Below are positions 27,177 through 37,213 of a stretch of 64,000 nucleotides of DNA, piece after piece. Both the position numbers and the translations under genes were made by a program. Below the pieces are notes generated by a model. It did no database searches, had not been told where the DNA came from, and saw only the letters and a list, made by a program, of their open reading frames with translations. The stretch is from an uncultured bacterium (GTDB lineage: Bacteria > Bacteroidota > Bacteroidia > NS11-12g > UBA9320). The stretch covers positions 116,546 through 180,545 of the forward strand of contig CAXDRX010000001.1 in NCBI GenBank assembly GCA_963991985.1, given 5' to 3'. The stretch's first letter is position 1. Each line of letters opens with the position of its first letter.

Positions 27177-27632
27177 ATGAAGATTGGAGACATGATGCCC
27201 GAATTTAGACTGAAAGACGAAAAGGGGAATTGGTTCGATTTTGAGAATCTCCAGGGCACTCCTTGCGTTATTTATTTTTATCCCATGGATTTTACTCCGG
27301 GGTGCATTTCCGAAGCCTGCAGCTTTCGAGACAGCTTCGATATTTTCAATGAATACGGAGCTCAGGTGGTGGGTATAAGCAAAGATAGTCCCGCCCGGCA
27401 CAAGAAATTCAAAAACAAATATGAGCTGCCTTTTACTCTTCTGAGCGATCTCAGCGGAAAGGTAGCCAAATCTTTTGGTGTCAAAACCAATTTTTTTGGT
27501 CTAATGTTGGGTCGAGAAACCTTTGTTTTTGACCAAAACCAAAAACTCATTTCGCATTTTGTTAGCCAAATTCAGGCCAAAAAACATGTTGCCGAGGCAA
27601 TTTCGGCTATACAAAGAAGCAAACAAGGCTAA
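27177..27632 (+). CDS. bcp: Peroxiredoxin Q / Bcp
   Basis: FYPMDFTPGCISEACSFRD (CxxxxC), GISKD, GRETFV. Confidence 0.9.
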   Translation: MKIGDMMPEFRLKDEKGNWFDFENLQGTPCVIYFYPMDFTPGCISEACSFRDSFDIFNEYGAQVVGISKDSPARHKKFKNKYELPFTLLSDLSGKVAKSFGVKTNFFGLMLGRETFVFDQNQKLISHFVSQIQAKKHVAEAISAIQRSKQG

Positions 27633-27755
27633 AAAATTTTATTCCTTGTGGTATCGTCAAGATTCACACCAACGCATGAATTTGAACCAACCAAACAAAA
27701 AAAACGATACTCCAAGAACAAACAACCTGTGCTTTATAAATTTATCGTGTTGTAT

Positions 27756-27763
27756 TAGGTTTG
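27756..27763 (+). promoter_or_regulatory. -7 promoter element TAGGTTTG
   Basis: Exact TAnnTTTG 10 nt upstream of ATG 27774. Confidence 0.6.
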
Positions 27764-27773
27764 TTTTGATTCC

Positions 27774-28229
27774 ATGAGAATTTTAGCAAACAGCGTAGAG
27801 GAATACTTGGCCCAAATTCCAGAAGAAAGGAAAAATATTTTGTCCAAACTACGACAGATTTTAAGCAAGAACTTGCCAGATGGTTTCCAAGAGGAAATGC
27901 AGTACGGAATGCCTAGCTTTGTTGTTCCAAAATCTATTTATCCCCTTGGTTATCATGTAAATCCAAATCTATCATTGCCCTTCATTGCTTTGGCTTCACA
28001 AAAAAATCACATCGGATTTTACCACATGGGGCTGTATGCACACCCTCCTTTGCTCAATTGGTTTACGATGAGATATCATCGTGTATGTGACCACAAATTG
28101 GACATGGGAAAAAGTTGCATTCGCTTAAAAAAAATGGAGCAAATTCCCTACTCACTTTTGGAAGATTTGGCTTCAAAGATGACGCCAAAAGCTTGGATAT
28201 CCGTTTATGAAAAACAATTAAAACCATAG
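27774..28229 (+). CDS. DUF1801 (YdhG-like) protein
   Basis: YGMPSFVVPKSIYP.GYH, PFIALASQKN, LDMGKSCIR. Confidence 0.85.
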   Translation: MRILANSVEEYLAQIPEERKNILSKLRQILSKNLPDGFQEEMQYGMPSFVVPKSIYPLGYHVNPNLSLPFIALASQKNHIGFYHMGLYAHPPLLNWFTMRYHRVCDHKLDMGKSCIRLKKMEQIPYSLLEDLASKMTPKAWISVYEKQLKP

Positions 28230-29393
28230 TTTTCTGCGCTTTTTTTCTTGCAGCAAGAGGGTTAATTCCCTGCCCATCTGACCAGAAACTGCAGAATTCT
28301 CTTCTGCCCTCCGGATCAGGTAGGGCATCACCTCTCGTATTGGGCCAAAAGGCAAATATTTTGCGCAATTGTATTTGTTCGAGGCCAAAACAAAGCTCAG
28401 GTTATCGCTCATGCCAAGCAATTGAGCAAACCAAATTCTCTTGTCCTCATTGTTGAGATTCATTTTTTTCATCATATCCATTATTTTGAGTGTGCTTTTT
28501 TCGTTGTGGGTTCCTGCACAGAAGGAGACAATATCGAGATTATTCATGCACAGAATAACCGCATCGTCAAACATGTCATCTGTCATTTTTTTGTTCTCAT
28601 TGATTGGATTCACTCGTTGATTTTCTGATGCCCACTTCTGTTCTTTTTCCAGATATGCACCTCTTACCAATTTAAATCCGAGAAAAAAACCATCTTGCTT
28701 GGCTTGCTCAAGAAACTTTTTGACAATGTCCAATCCTTCTTTTCGGTAGAGCTGTACCGTATTATAAATCATTGGCTTTTCTTTGTTGAATGTTTTCATC
28801 AGACCCAAAACCAAATCGTCGATGGCGCCTTGAATATAGCTTTCCTCTGCATCGATAAAAATAGGCAAATCTAGACTTGCTGAGAGCGCGCAAATTTTTT
28901 TCATTCGATTTTTCCAATTTTGAAATTGATTTTTTTCTTCTTTTTCTAATGATAGCCCTAGGGTAACTTTTGTCAAAATAGCAGTACTTCCTACCGCAGT
29001 AGATTTGAAAACTGCAAAAGGATAAACATTGGGGTGTTGAGCAGCTTTTCGGATAGCATTTTGCAATTGGAGCGCATTGCTTTCAAACCCTTTTTCATGT
29101 TGCTCCCCCTCAGCAGAATAATCCAAAATTGAACCCACTCGAGATTGCGCCAACAAAAGGGCAGTTTTGTGACTTTCTTCTAGAGTTTCACCCGCACAGA
29201 ATTGGGAAAAAACCGTCTTCTTAATGAGATTTTCAATGGGAAATCGGAAGTAAAGAAATCGAAGCAGAAGAAAAGATCCCAATTTCGTAACCCACGATCT
29301 TTGAAACAGTCGATACAGCAAAATACTTTTTCTTAGACGTCCATCGGACAAATGTTTGAATGCCAACTCAGTATCCGAAAAATGATTTTCCAA
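28218..29393 (-). CDS. Monofunctional proline dehydrogenase
   Basis: IDAEES, YNTVQLYR, KLVRGAY, AQLLGMSD, PYLIRRAEENS. Confidence 0.92.
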   Translation of the reverse strand: MENHFSDTELAFKHLSDGRLRKSILLYRLFQRSWVTKLGSFLLLRFLYFRFPIENLIKKTVFSQFCAGETLEESHKTALLLAQSRVGSILDYSAEGEQHEKGFESNALQLQNAIRKAAQHPNVYPFAVFKSTAVGSTAILTKVTLGLSLEKEEKNQFQNWKNRMKKICALSASLDLPIFIDAEESYIQGAIDDLVLGLMKTFNKEKPMIYNTVQLYRKEGLDIVKKFLEQAKQDGFFLGFKLVRGAYLEKEQKWASENQRVNPINENKKMTDDMFDDAVILCMNNLDIVSFCAGTHNEKSTLKIMDMMKKMNLNNEDKRIWFAQLLGMSDNLSFVLASNKYNCAKYLPFGPIREVMPYLIRRAEENSAVSGQMGRELTLLLQEKKRRKLWF

Positions 29394-29396
29394 AAT

Positions 29397-30770
29397 TTAT
29401 TCTATTATTTTTTGAGGGTTGAGAAGACCTTTGGGGTCGAAAACATCTTTGATGGATTTAAAAAGTTGCAAATGATGATCCGGAAAAATTTCATTCATAA
29501 ATTTTTTTTGCACCCAACCAATGCCATGCTCACCACTTATGGTACCACCAAGAGATTTGCAAAGTTTAAAGATTTCCCGAATGCCTTTTTCCAAGTCCTT
29601 TCCTTGCCATTGTTGGTCGGTCATGCTTCCTTTAAGAATATTTACATGTAAGTTGCCATCCCCGGCATGCCCATAGCAAACAGAATCAAAACCATATTTT
29701 TCGCCAATAGACTTTACTCCTTTGTAAAGTTTTGGCAAATAAGCTCTAGGCACCACGGCATCCTCTTCTTTGTAGATGCTTACTTGCTTAACCACCTCTC
29801 CTATGCTCCCTCTTATTTTCCAAAAATTCTCTTTTTGGTGAGCACTATCGGCAAGTTGAACTTCTCCCGGATAGAACGCTTCAATTGTTTTGAATATTTT
29901 TTCAGCTTGTGTCATCAAATCTTCTTGCGATGGGCCATCTACTTCAATGAGTAAAAAGGCTTGATGGTTGTTCTCTATATGCAAGCTTGCATCTGTATAT
30001 TGAAGGGCAAGATCAACACCCTTTCTTTCCATGATTTCTAGTGCAGAGGGCAATACGCCACTACCCATAATGGAGGGAACAGCCTTGCAAGCATCTTCCA
30101 TGGTTTTAAAAGGGCACCATAAAAGTAAATTCTTTTCCGGTTTTGCCATCAGTTTCAACACAGCTTTGGTGATGATTCCAAGCGTTCCTTCGCTTCCGAT
30201 CATCAATTGCGTTAGATTGTATCCCGTTGAATTTTTCAAGGTATTGGAACCTGTCCAAACAATTTTACCGGTGGGCAATACGACTTCCAAATTGAGCACC
30301 CAGTCTTTTGTGACTCCATATTTCACCGCCCTCGGGCCTCCACTATTGTGGGCGATGTTTCCACCAATAAAGCTAGAACCTTTGCTTGCAGGATCAGGAG
30401 GATAAAAAAAACCTTCGGATTCTACACAATCCCGAATATCCTGATTGATTACGCCAGGCTGCACCACAATTTGAAAGTTCTCCTTATCGAAAGACAAAAT
30501 ATCATTCATTTTTTCAAAACTTATAGATATGCCCCCTTCAACTGGTAAGCTTCCACCACTTAAGCCTGTACCTGCTCCACGAGGTGTCATAGGGATGTTG
30601 TTTTCGTAACCGTAATTGACAATTTTTTGGACTTCCTCCGTATTTTTTGGCAATACCACTGCATCGGGAAGAAAACACAAGTCTTCTGTATAATCTGACC
30701 CGTAGAAACGTAGCCTTTCTTTTTCCAGAATGAGGCGTTCGTTTCCCAAAAGATTTTTCAAAAAATCCAT
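29397..30770 (-). CDS. FAD-linked oxidase, GlcD/D-2-hydroxyacid dehydrogenase family
   Basis: RGAGTGLSGG, PPDPASK, GSEGTLG, GHAGDGNLH, SGEHGIG. Confidence 0.88.
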   Translation of the reverse strand: MDFLKNLLGNERLILEKERLRFYGSDYTEDLCFLPDAVVLPKNTEEVQKIVNYGYENNIPMTPRGAGTGLSGGSLPVEGGISISFEKMNDILSFDKENFQIVVQPGVINQDIRDCVESEGFFYPPDPASKGSSFIGGNIAHNSGGPRAVKYGVTKDWVLNLEVVLPTGKIVWTGSNTLKNSTGYNLTQLMIGSEGTLGIITKAVLKLMAKPEKNLLLWCPFKTMEDACKAVPSIMGSGVLPSALEIMERKGVDLALQYTDASLHIENNHQAFLLIEVDGPSQEDLMTQAEKIFKTIEAFYPGEVQLADSAHQKENFWKIRGSIGEVVKQVSIYKEEDAVVPRAYLPKLYKGVKSIGEKYGFDSVCYGHAGDGNLHVNILKGSMTDQQWQGKDLEKGIREIFKLCKSLGGTISGEHGIGWVQKKFMNEIFPDHHLQLFKSIKDVFDPKGLLNPQKIIE

Positions 30771-30778
30771 TTCTTCAG

Positions 30779-30786
30779 CGAATTTA
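30779..30786 (-). promoter_or_regulatory. -7 element variant TAAATTCG
   Basis: TAnnTTCG variant 8 nt upstream of ATG 30770. Confidence 0.45.
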
Positions 30787-30850
30787 TATAGAAAGCAAGT
30801 GAGAGAATAAAAAAGTTTGATGTCGTTGGTATTAAATGTATAATTGAAGC

Positions 30851-33037
30851 ATGAGATTTTTCGCCGTTTTACTGTTTTTTTTCTTTTACTGTCCTTTGGA
30901 AGGACAAAACAAAAAAGACATTACTTTAGAATCCATCTGGAAAAATTATGATTTTTATCCAATAAATTTGGGGGGATTCAAACACCTTCAAGACGGGCAT
31001 TCATATTCTATTTTCGAAGTAAATAAATCCACCAGGAGTGTTGAGGTCAACAAGTATGAATATAGAAAAAAAGAAAAAATAAATACTCTTATCAGTGCCC
31101 ATGCCATTTGTAAAACTAACGGGCTTGAGCAGTTTTATTTTAGTGATTACCAATTCAGTGCTGATGAATCGATGGCCTTACTGAGTTCCGAGGTAGAAAA
31201 TATATACAGACACAGTTCCAAAGCTATTTATTTTATATGGTTCAAGGCCAACAACCAACTTTCTAAATTAAGGGAAGAGAAAGTAATGTATGCTACGTTC
31301 GGCCCCAAAGGAGAAAAAATTGCTTACGTGCTAGACAACAATCTTTGGATTTATGACATCGCCAAACAAAAACATAGCCAAATCACCAATGATGGGAAGA
31401 TCAACGAAACTATAAATGGTTCAGTAGATTGGGTCTACGAAGAAGAATTTTCCATGGACAAGGGCTTTTTTTGGAACATCGATGGAAGCCAAATTGCTTA
31501 TTACAAATTCGACGAAAGCGCCGTTAAAGAGTGGCAAATGAAAAAATTTGGCAGTTTGTATCCTAACGTATACAAATACAAATATCCAAAAGCAGGTGAA
31601 GACAATTCAGTGGTAAGAGTTTTTGTAGCAGATGTAAAAAGTAAAAAATCTAAGGAAATTGAAGTCAATGCCAACCAGAATCAATACATTCCCAGAGTTC
31701 AATGGACAAAGACCCCTCATCTTTTGAGTATACAAAGACTAAATCGACTTCAAAATCAGTGGGAACTTGTACTGGCCAATACTTCTAAAAATAGCCAAAA
31801 AGTTGTTTTGACAGAAAAAAACAAACGCTATATAGACATCCACAACGATCTTTATTTTTTAGATGATAAAGAACATTTTATTCTCAAAAGTGAACGGAAT
31901 GGCTTTTGGCATTTGTACTTGCATAAAAACAATGGACCACAAGTTTTTCAAATCACCAAAGGAGACTGGGAAGTTGATGAAGTAATAGGATTGGACGAAA
32001 AAAAAGAACGTTTGTATTATACAAGTACTGAAGAATCACCTCTTGAAAGGCACCTGTATTCCATTGGTTTTGACGGAAACGAAAAAAAACAAATTAGCCA
32101 ACATAATGGTACCCATCATGCAGAGATTTCAACAAATGGAGACATTCTTTACCATCATTATTCTAGCTTTACCGAACCAAGCAAATATTTCTTTAGAACT
32201 TCCAATGGGGAAATTATTCGAACCTTAGAAGACAACAAAAAATTCAACCAAAAATTAAAAAGTTATCAACTTTCCGAGCCACAATTTGAAGCGCTTGATT
32301 TGGGCTATGAAAATTTTAACTTTTGGATCATCAAACCATTCAATTTTGATAGCACAAAAAAATATCCTTTGCTAATGCACGTATACGGAGGACCAGGTTC
32401 TCAAACGGTCACAAATGAATGGGGATGGTTCAACTATTTCTGGCATCAGATGTTGGCCAATAGGCATGGAATTATTGTGGTATCTGTGGATGGAAGAGGT
32501 ACCGGTGGGCGTGGCGATGAATTCAAAAAGCAAACCTATTTGCAACTTGGTAAATTTGAATTGGAAGATCAAATCAATGCAGCAAATGCCCTAGGTAAGA
32601 TAAAATATATCGATAAAAAAAGAATTGGGATTTGGGGCTGGAGTTTCGGCGGATATATGAGTAGCTTGGCCATCACCAAAGGACATAAGGTGTTTTCAAC
32701 CGCAATTGCCGTTGCACCGGTAACCAATTGGCGATTCTACGACAATATTTATACCGAAAGATTTATGCGAACACCCCAGGAAAACGGCAGCAATTATGAC
32801 ATCAACTCCCCCATCAACCACGTAGACTCAATTCATGGAAAATATCTCATTATTCATGGAACGGGTGATGACAATGTGCATTTTCAGAATTCAGCTGAAA
32901 TGGTAAAAATCATGGTTCACAAAAATATTCCGTTCGATTCAGAATTCTATCCCAACAAATCGCATGGAATTTCAGGTGGATTTACCCGACTTCACTTGTA
33001 TCAAAAAATGACCAATTTTCTACTGGAAAACCTATAA
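30851..33037 (+). CDS. Dipeptidyl peptidase IV (S9B)
   Basis: DWVYEEEF, YPKAG, GIWGWSFGG, HGTGDDNVHFQN, NKSHGI. Confidence 0.92.
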   Translation: MRFFAVLLFFFFYCPLEGQNKKDITLESIWKNYDFYPINLGGFKHLQDGHSYSIFEVNKSTRSVEVNKYEYRKKEKINTLISAHAICKTNGLEQFYFSDYQFSADESMALLSSEVENIYRHSSKAIYFIWFKANNQLSKLREEKVMYATFGPKGEKIAYVLDNNLWIYDIAKQKHSQITNDGKINETINGSVDWVYEEEFSMDKGFFWNIDGSQIAYYKFDESAVKEWQMKKFGSLYPNVYKYKYPKAGEDNSVVRVFVADVKSKKSKEIEVNANQNQYIPRVQWTKTPHLLSIQRLNRLQNQWELVLANTSKNSQKVVLTEKNKRYIDIHNDLYFLDDKEHFILKSERNGFWHLYLHKNNGPQVFQITKGDWEVDEVIGLDEKKERLYYTSTEESPLERHLYSIGFDGNEKKQISQHNGTHHAEISTNGDILYHHYSSFTEPSKYFFRTSNGEIIRTLEDNKKFNQKLKSYQLSEPQFEALDLGYENFNFWIIKPFNFDSTKKYPLLMHVYGGPGSQTVTNEWGWFNYFWHQMLANRHGIIVVSVDGRGTGGRGDEFKKQTYLQLGKFELEDQINAANALGKIKYIDKKRIGIWGWSFGGYMSSLAITKGHKVFSTAIAVAPVTNWRFYDNIYTERFMRTPQENGSNYDINSPINHVDSIHGKYLIIHGTGDDNVHFQNSAEMVKIMVHKNIPFDSEFYPNKSHGISGGFTRLHLYQKMTNFLLENL

Positions 33038-33078
33038 ATTTAAAAAACATATTTTTACCAAAATTTAATAAATAAAAA

Positions 33079-34590
33079 ATGAACCAGGCTACAACAAAAA
33101 AAGGTCATCCAAAAGGACTAATGACTTTGTTTTTCTCCGAAATGTGGGAACGATTTTGCTACTATGGGATGCGTACTTTGCTTACCCTTTATTTGGTAAA
33201 ATCTCTTCTAAAAGGAGACGCTGAAGCTTCATTAATTTATGGAGCCTATACTGGTCTTGTCTACGCAGCACCTATTTTAGGAGGACGACTTGCGGATAAA
33301 TATTTAGGGTATCGATATGCCATCATTTTGGGAGCAATTCTTATGGCCATTGGCGAGTTTCTTATCGTTGGTGGAAAATACTTTTTACCTGGCGGAGATG
33401 AATTTGCCCTTTTGGCAGGGATGGGTGCTTTGATCATTGGGAATGGTTATTTCAAAGCCAATATTTCAACAATTGTAGGAAAACTTTATGACGATGGCGA
33501 TCCAAGAAGGGATTCTGGTTTTACCATCTTTTATATTGGGATTAATGTTGGTGCCTTGTTGGCAACCACAGTGGTAGCATTCATTGGGGAAACTTACGGA
33601 TTTGACAAAGGCTTTGCTTTGGCTGGCATTGGTATGCTGCTCGGATTGTTCATATTTTATGGCGGAAAAAACAATTATGCCGCCGCTGCAGGTTTGGACA
33701 TCAAGGAAGAGGCTAAGAAAAAAGTTTTTGGTCCGTTCAATTCTGTTCATCTTATTACCCTCGGTTCTCTTTTCTTAATTCCGCTTTGCTATTTATTGAT
33801 TTTGAAAAATAGTCTAATGGACTACATTCTACTTGGTCTTTTTCTGTATATATCGTATTACATGTTCCACCAAGGCAAAAAAGCAGATCAAGAAAATGGC
33901 ACAAAAATGTGGGCCGACCGAATGATTGCCCTCATCATTTTTATGATCATCAATATTGCTTTTTGGGCTTGTTTTGAACAGGCAGGAACATCCCTAACCT
34001 TGTTTGCGGATAGAAACGTAAATAGATCTCTGCTTGGCTGGACAATGCCTGCCTCAATGACTCAATTCTTCAATCCAGCGTTCATTATAATTTTCGGTTC
34101 TATTTTTTCTATTATGTGGATTCGATTGTCTGAAAAAGGAAAGAATCCAAGTATTCCATACAAGTTTGCCTTTGGGATTATTCAATTGGCCTTAGGGTTT
34201 TTGGTTACCCAAATTGGATTTCAATTTGTAAATGCTGATTTTCAAGTTCCACTTTTGACACTTGTTTTTCTTTATATGTTGCACACAACAGGTGAACTAT
34301 TTCTCTCTCCCATTGGACTCTCCATGGTTACCAAATTGTCTCCAAAAAATATAGCCAGTACAGCAATGGGTGCTTGGTTTCTCAGCTTTGCAATTGCCAA
34401 CTATGTAGGTGGTAAAATTGCAACCTTAACTGGTGGTCATGGTGAGGAAGGGCAAACATTGACACCCAGTGAAGGATTGGAAAAATATATTTCGGTATTT
34501 ACCAATATGGGTTTCATTCTTTTGGGCTTGGCTTTTCTCATTATTTTGGCCAACAAACCATTAAAAAAGCTAATGCACGGAGTGGAATAG
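33079..34590 (+). CDS. POT/PTR family proton-dependent di-/tripeptide transporter
   Basis: FFSEMWERFCYYGMR (ExxER), GNGYFKANISTIVG (PTR2), FEQAGTSL, ELFLSPIGLS. Confidence 0.94.
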   Translation: MNQATTKKGHPKGLMTLFFSEMWERFCYYGMRTLLTLYLVKSLLKGDAEASLIYGAYTGLVYAAPILGGRLADKYLGYRYAIILGAILMAIGEFLIVGGKYFLPGGDEFALLAGMGALIIGNGYFKANISTIVGKLYDDGDPRRDSGFTIFYIGINVGALLATTVVAFIGETYGFDKGFALAGIGMLLGLFIFYGGKNNYAAAAGLDIKEEAKKKVFGPFNSVHLITLGSLFLIPLCYLLILKNSLMDYILLGLFLYISYYMFHQGKKADQENGTKMWADRMIALIIFMIINIAFWACFEQAGTSLTLFADRNVNRSLLGWTMPASMTQFFNPAFIIIFGSIFSIMWIRLSEKGKNPSIPYKFAFGIIQLALGFLVTQIGFQFVNADFQVPLLTLVFLYMLHTTGELFLSPIGLSMVTKLSPKNIASTAMGAWFLSFAIANYVGGKIATLTGGHGEEGQTLTPSEGLEKYISVFTNMGFILLGLAFLIILANKPLKKLMHGVE

Positions 34591-34613
34591 ACGGATTCTT
34601 ATTATTCCACCAT

Positions 34614-34650
34614 TAGATTTGCCCTAATTCAGAACATAAAAGTATTTTCG
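34614..34650 (+). promoter_or_regulatory. Two candidate -7 elements: TAGATTTG (34614-34621) and TATTTTCG (34643-34650)
   Basis: One exact and one variant match in the spacer before ATG 34659. Confidence 0.5.
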
Positions 34651-34658
34651 CACCCGAA

Positions 34659-35915
34659 ATGAATCGTATTTGTGTTGTAGGCCTTGGGTACGTTGGTTTG
34701 CCCCTTGCCGTAGAGTTCGGTAAAAAGTACCCTACTCTAGGTTTTGATATCAATAAAAAGAGAATTGAGGAACTCAAGACTGGTCATGATGGCACATTGG
34801 AGGTTTCATCGGAAGATCTTCAAAATGTAAATCATTTGAGTTATTCTCACCAAGAAAAAGATTTAGCCAATTCCAATGTATACATCATAACCGTTCCTAC
34901 GCCAATTGATCAAAATAAAAAGCCGGATTTAACACCTCTTCAAAAATCTAGCGAAATGGTTGGAAAATATCTTAAAAAGGGAGATTTGGTCATTTATGAG
35001 TCTACGGTTTATCCGGGCTGTACCGAAGAAGTGTGCGTACCAATTTTGGAAGCCTCCAGCAATCTTCGTTTTAATGAAGATTTTTATTGTGGCTATTCTC
35101 CAGAACGAATCAACCCAGGGGACAAAGTTCATACCGTAACCAAAATCACCAAAGTAACATCGGGATCAACTCCACAGATTGCTGAAAAGGTAAATCAATT
35201 GTACAATAGTATTATTACTGCAGGAACTTATTTGGCAGAGAGCATTAAGGTTGCAGAAGCTGCGAAAGTAATTGAGAATTGCCAACGAGACCTAAACATC
35301 GCTTTTGTAAATGAACTTGCTCTTCTTTTTGACAAATTAAATATCGACACCTTATCCGTATTGAAAGCGGCAGGTACCAAATGGAACTTTCTACCCTTTC
35401 GGCCCGGTCTTGTTGGAGGACATTGCATAGGTGTAGACCCCTATTACCTCACACACAAAGCAGAAGAAGTTGGCTACCGCCCAGAAGTAATACTTTCGGG
35501 TAGAAGAATCAATGACGGCATGGGAAAACATATCGCCAATAAAGTGGTAAAATTACTTGTCAATAGTGAGGAAAAAGTAAAAAATGCAAAAGTTTTAATA
35601 TTGGGCATAACCTTCAAAGAAAATTGTCCGGACATACGAAATACTAGGGTTACAGACATAATTGAAGAATTGGACGAATTTGGCTGCAACATTCAAACCT
35701 TCGACCCCTGGGCAAACAAGGAGGAGGTCAAACAAACATTTGGTATAGACTTACTCGAAAATATAGAATCGGAAGCTCCTTACAATGCGGTTATTCTCGC
35801 AGTAGGACACAAACAATTTATGTCAATTGACCTCAAGAAAATTACGACAAGTTCATCTGTAATTTATGATGTGAAGTCCTTCTTAAAAGAACAAGAAATA
35901 ACGGAAAGACTTTAA
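34659..35915 (+). CDS. UDP-N-acetylhexosamine C6 dehydrogenase (TviB/WbpO-like)
   Basis: VVGLGYVGLP, YESTVYPG, YSPERINPGD, GGHCIGVDPYYL, GITFKENCPD. Confidence 0.9.
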   Translation: MNRICVVGLGYVGLPLAVEFGKKYPTLGFDINKKRIEELKTGHDGTLEVSSEDLQNVNHLSYSHQEKDLANSNVYIITVPTPIDQNKKPDLTPLQKSSEMVGKYLKKGDLVIYESTVYPGCTEEVCVPILEASSNLRFNEDFYCGYSPERINPGDKVHTVTKITKVTSGSTPQIAEKVNQLYNSIITAGTYLAESIKVAEAAKVIENCQRDLNIAFVNELALLFDKLNIDTLSVLKAAGTKWNFLPFRPGLVGGHCIGVDPYYLTHKAEEVGYRPEVILSGRRINDGMGKHIANKVVKLLVNSEEKVKNAKVLILGITFKENCPDIRNTRVTDIIEELDEFGCNIQTFDPWANKEEVKQTFGIDLLENIESEAPYNAVILAVGHKQFMSIDLKKITTSSSVIYDVKSFLKEQEITERL

Positions 35916-35962
35916 ATCATCAAAAAAAATAGTCTAAACCCGCTTTTTATACTGGCATAAAC

Positions 35963-35970
35963 TAAGTTTG
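35963..35970 (+). promoter_or_regulatory. -7 promoter element TAAGTTTG
   Basis: Exact TAnnTTTG 13 nt upstream of TTG 35984. Confidence 0.6.
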
Positions 35971-35983
35971 CTTTCTTCTCGAT

Positions 35984-37213
35984 TTGGAATTGTTCAGAGA
36001 AATAGGGCAATCTTTAAGTAGAAATAGGCTTAGGACGCTTCTTACTGGTTTTGTAATGGCTTGGGGAATCTTCATGTTGGTCGTTTTGCTCGGCATTGGG
36101 AAAGGATTTCAAAATGGTTACTCCAAAGAGTTCAAAGATGATGCAGTCAATAGCATTCGAATTAGAAAAGGACAAATTTCTCGTCCTTACAAAGGACAAC
36201 AAGTGGGGAAATATATCCAGCTCACCAATCAAGATTTGGATAACATTGCTCAAAATCTTCAAGGGATTGAACACATTTCTGCGAGATGGAATCAATATCG
36301 AAACAATGTTGTATCTTATCAAGAAAAGTCCGTTAGTTATATCATTAAAGGGGTACACCCAGACCATAAATACCTTGAAAAAACAATTGTCACAGAAGGG
36401 CGTTTTTTAAACAATTTTGACATTCATCAAAATAGAAAAGTAATCGCCATAGGTAAATGGGTCAACCAGGAATTATTTGGAAATCAATCTGGCCTAGGCA
36501 AGTGGATTTTTGTTAATGGTATCTCCTTTCAAGTTGTAGGCATCTTTAGGGATGAAGGTAGTGATGATGAAAATAAAGTTGTATTTATTCCAGTAACTAC
36601 CGCACAAAGTGTTTTTGAAGGAGCGCCAAACATCGACCACATAATATTCAGCATCCCCAATGCCAACCTGGAAAAATCCAAAGCACTGGCAATGGAAGCC
36701 AAAGAAAGATTGGCTAAAGTGCACCAGTTTGACCCCAATGACCCCAGAGCCTTGTTTGTAAGAAACAATTACGAAAATTTTCAAAAATTTTTAAGCGTTT
36801 TTCATGCCATTGATGTATTTATTTGGATTATTGGTCTGATGACCATCATTGCGGGAATTATAGTTGTAAGCACAATCGTTTTGGTCAGCGTGAAAGAAAG
36901 AACAAAAGAAATTGGAATTCGAAAGGCCATTGGCGCCACACCATTTGCAATCAACAAAATGATTTTGCTAGAAAGCATGACACTTACCGCTATTTCAGGT
37001 TATGTGGGGATGATTTTTGGCCTACTCTCACTAGAATGGATGAATTCTTTTTTTACCACAAAAGCTTCCTGGATGATCAGCAATCCTTCGGTATCTCTTA
37101 CAATTGTATGGACTTCTACTTTGATATTTATTTTTGCTGGGGTCGCTGCGGGAGCAGTTCCTGCAATTAGGGCATCCAAAGTAAAACCTGCAATTGCCTT
37201 AAAAAGCCTATGA
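35984..37213 (+). CDS. ABC transporter permease, MacB/FtsX type (TTG start)
   Basis: RLRTLLTG, MacB periplasmic core, VKERTKEIGIRKAIGA. Confidence 0.9.
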   Translation: MELFREIGQSLSRNRLRTLLTGFVMAWGIFMLVVLLGIGKGFQNGYSKEFKDDAVNSIRIRKGQISRPYKGQQVGKYIQLTNQDLDNIAQNLQGIEHISARWNQYRNNVVSYQEKSVSYIIKGVHPDHKYLEKTIVTEGRFLNNFDIHQNRKVIAIGKWVNQELFGNQSGLGKWIFVNGISFQVVGIFRDEGSDDENKVVFIPVTTAQSVFEGAPNIDHIIFSIPNANLEKSKALAMEAKERLAKVHQFDPNDPRALFVRNNYENFQKFLSVFHAIDVFIWIIGLMTIIAGIIVVSTIVLVSVKERTKEIGIRKAIGATPFAINKMILLESMTLTAISGYVGMIFGLLSLEWMNSFFTTKASWMISNPSVSLTIVWTSTLIFIFAGVAAGAVPAIRASKVKPAIALKSL

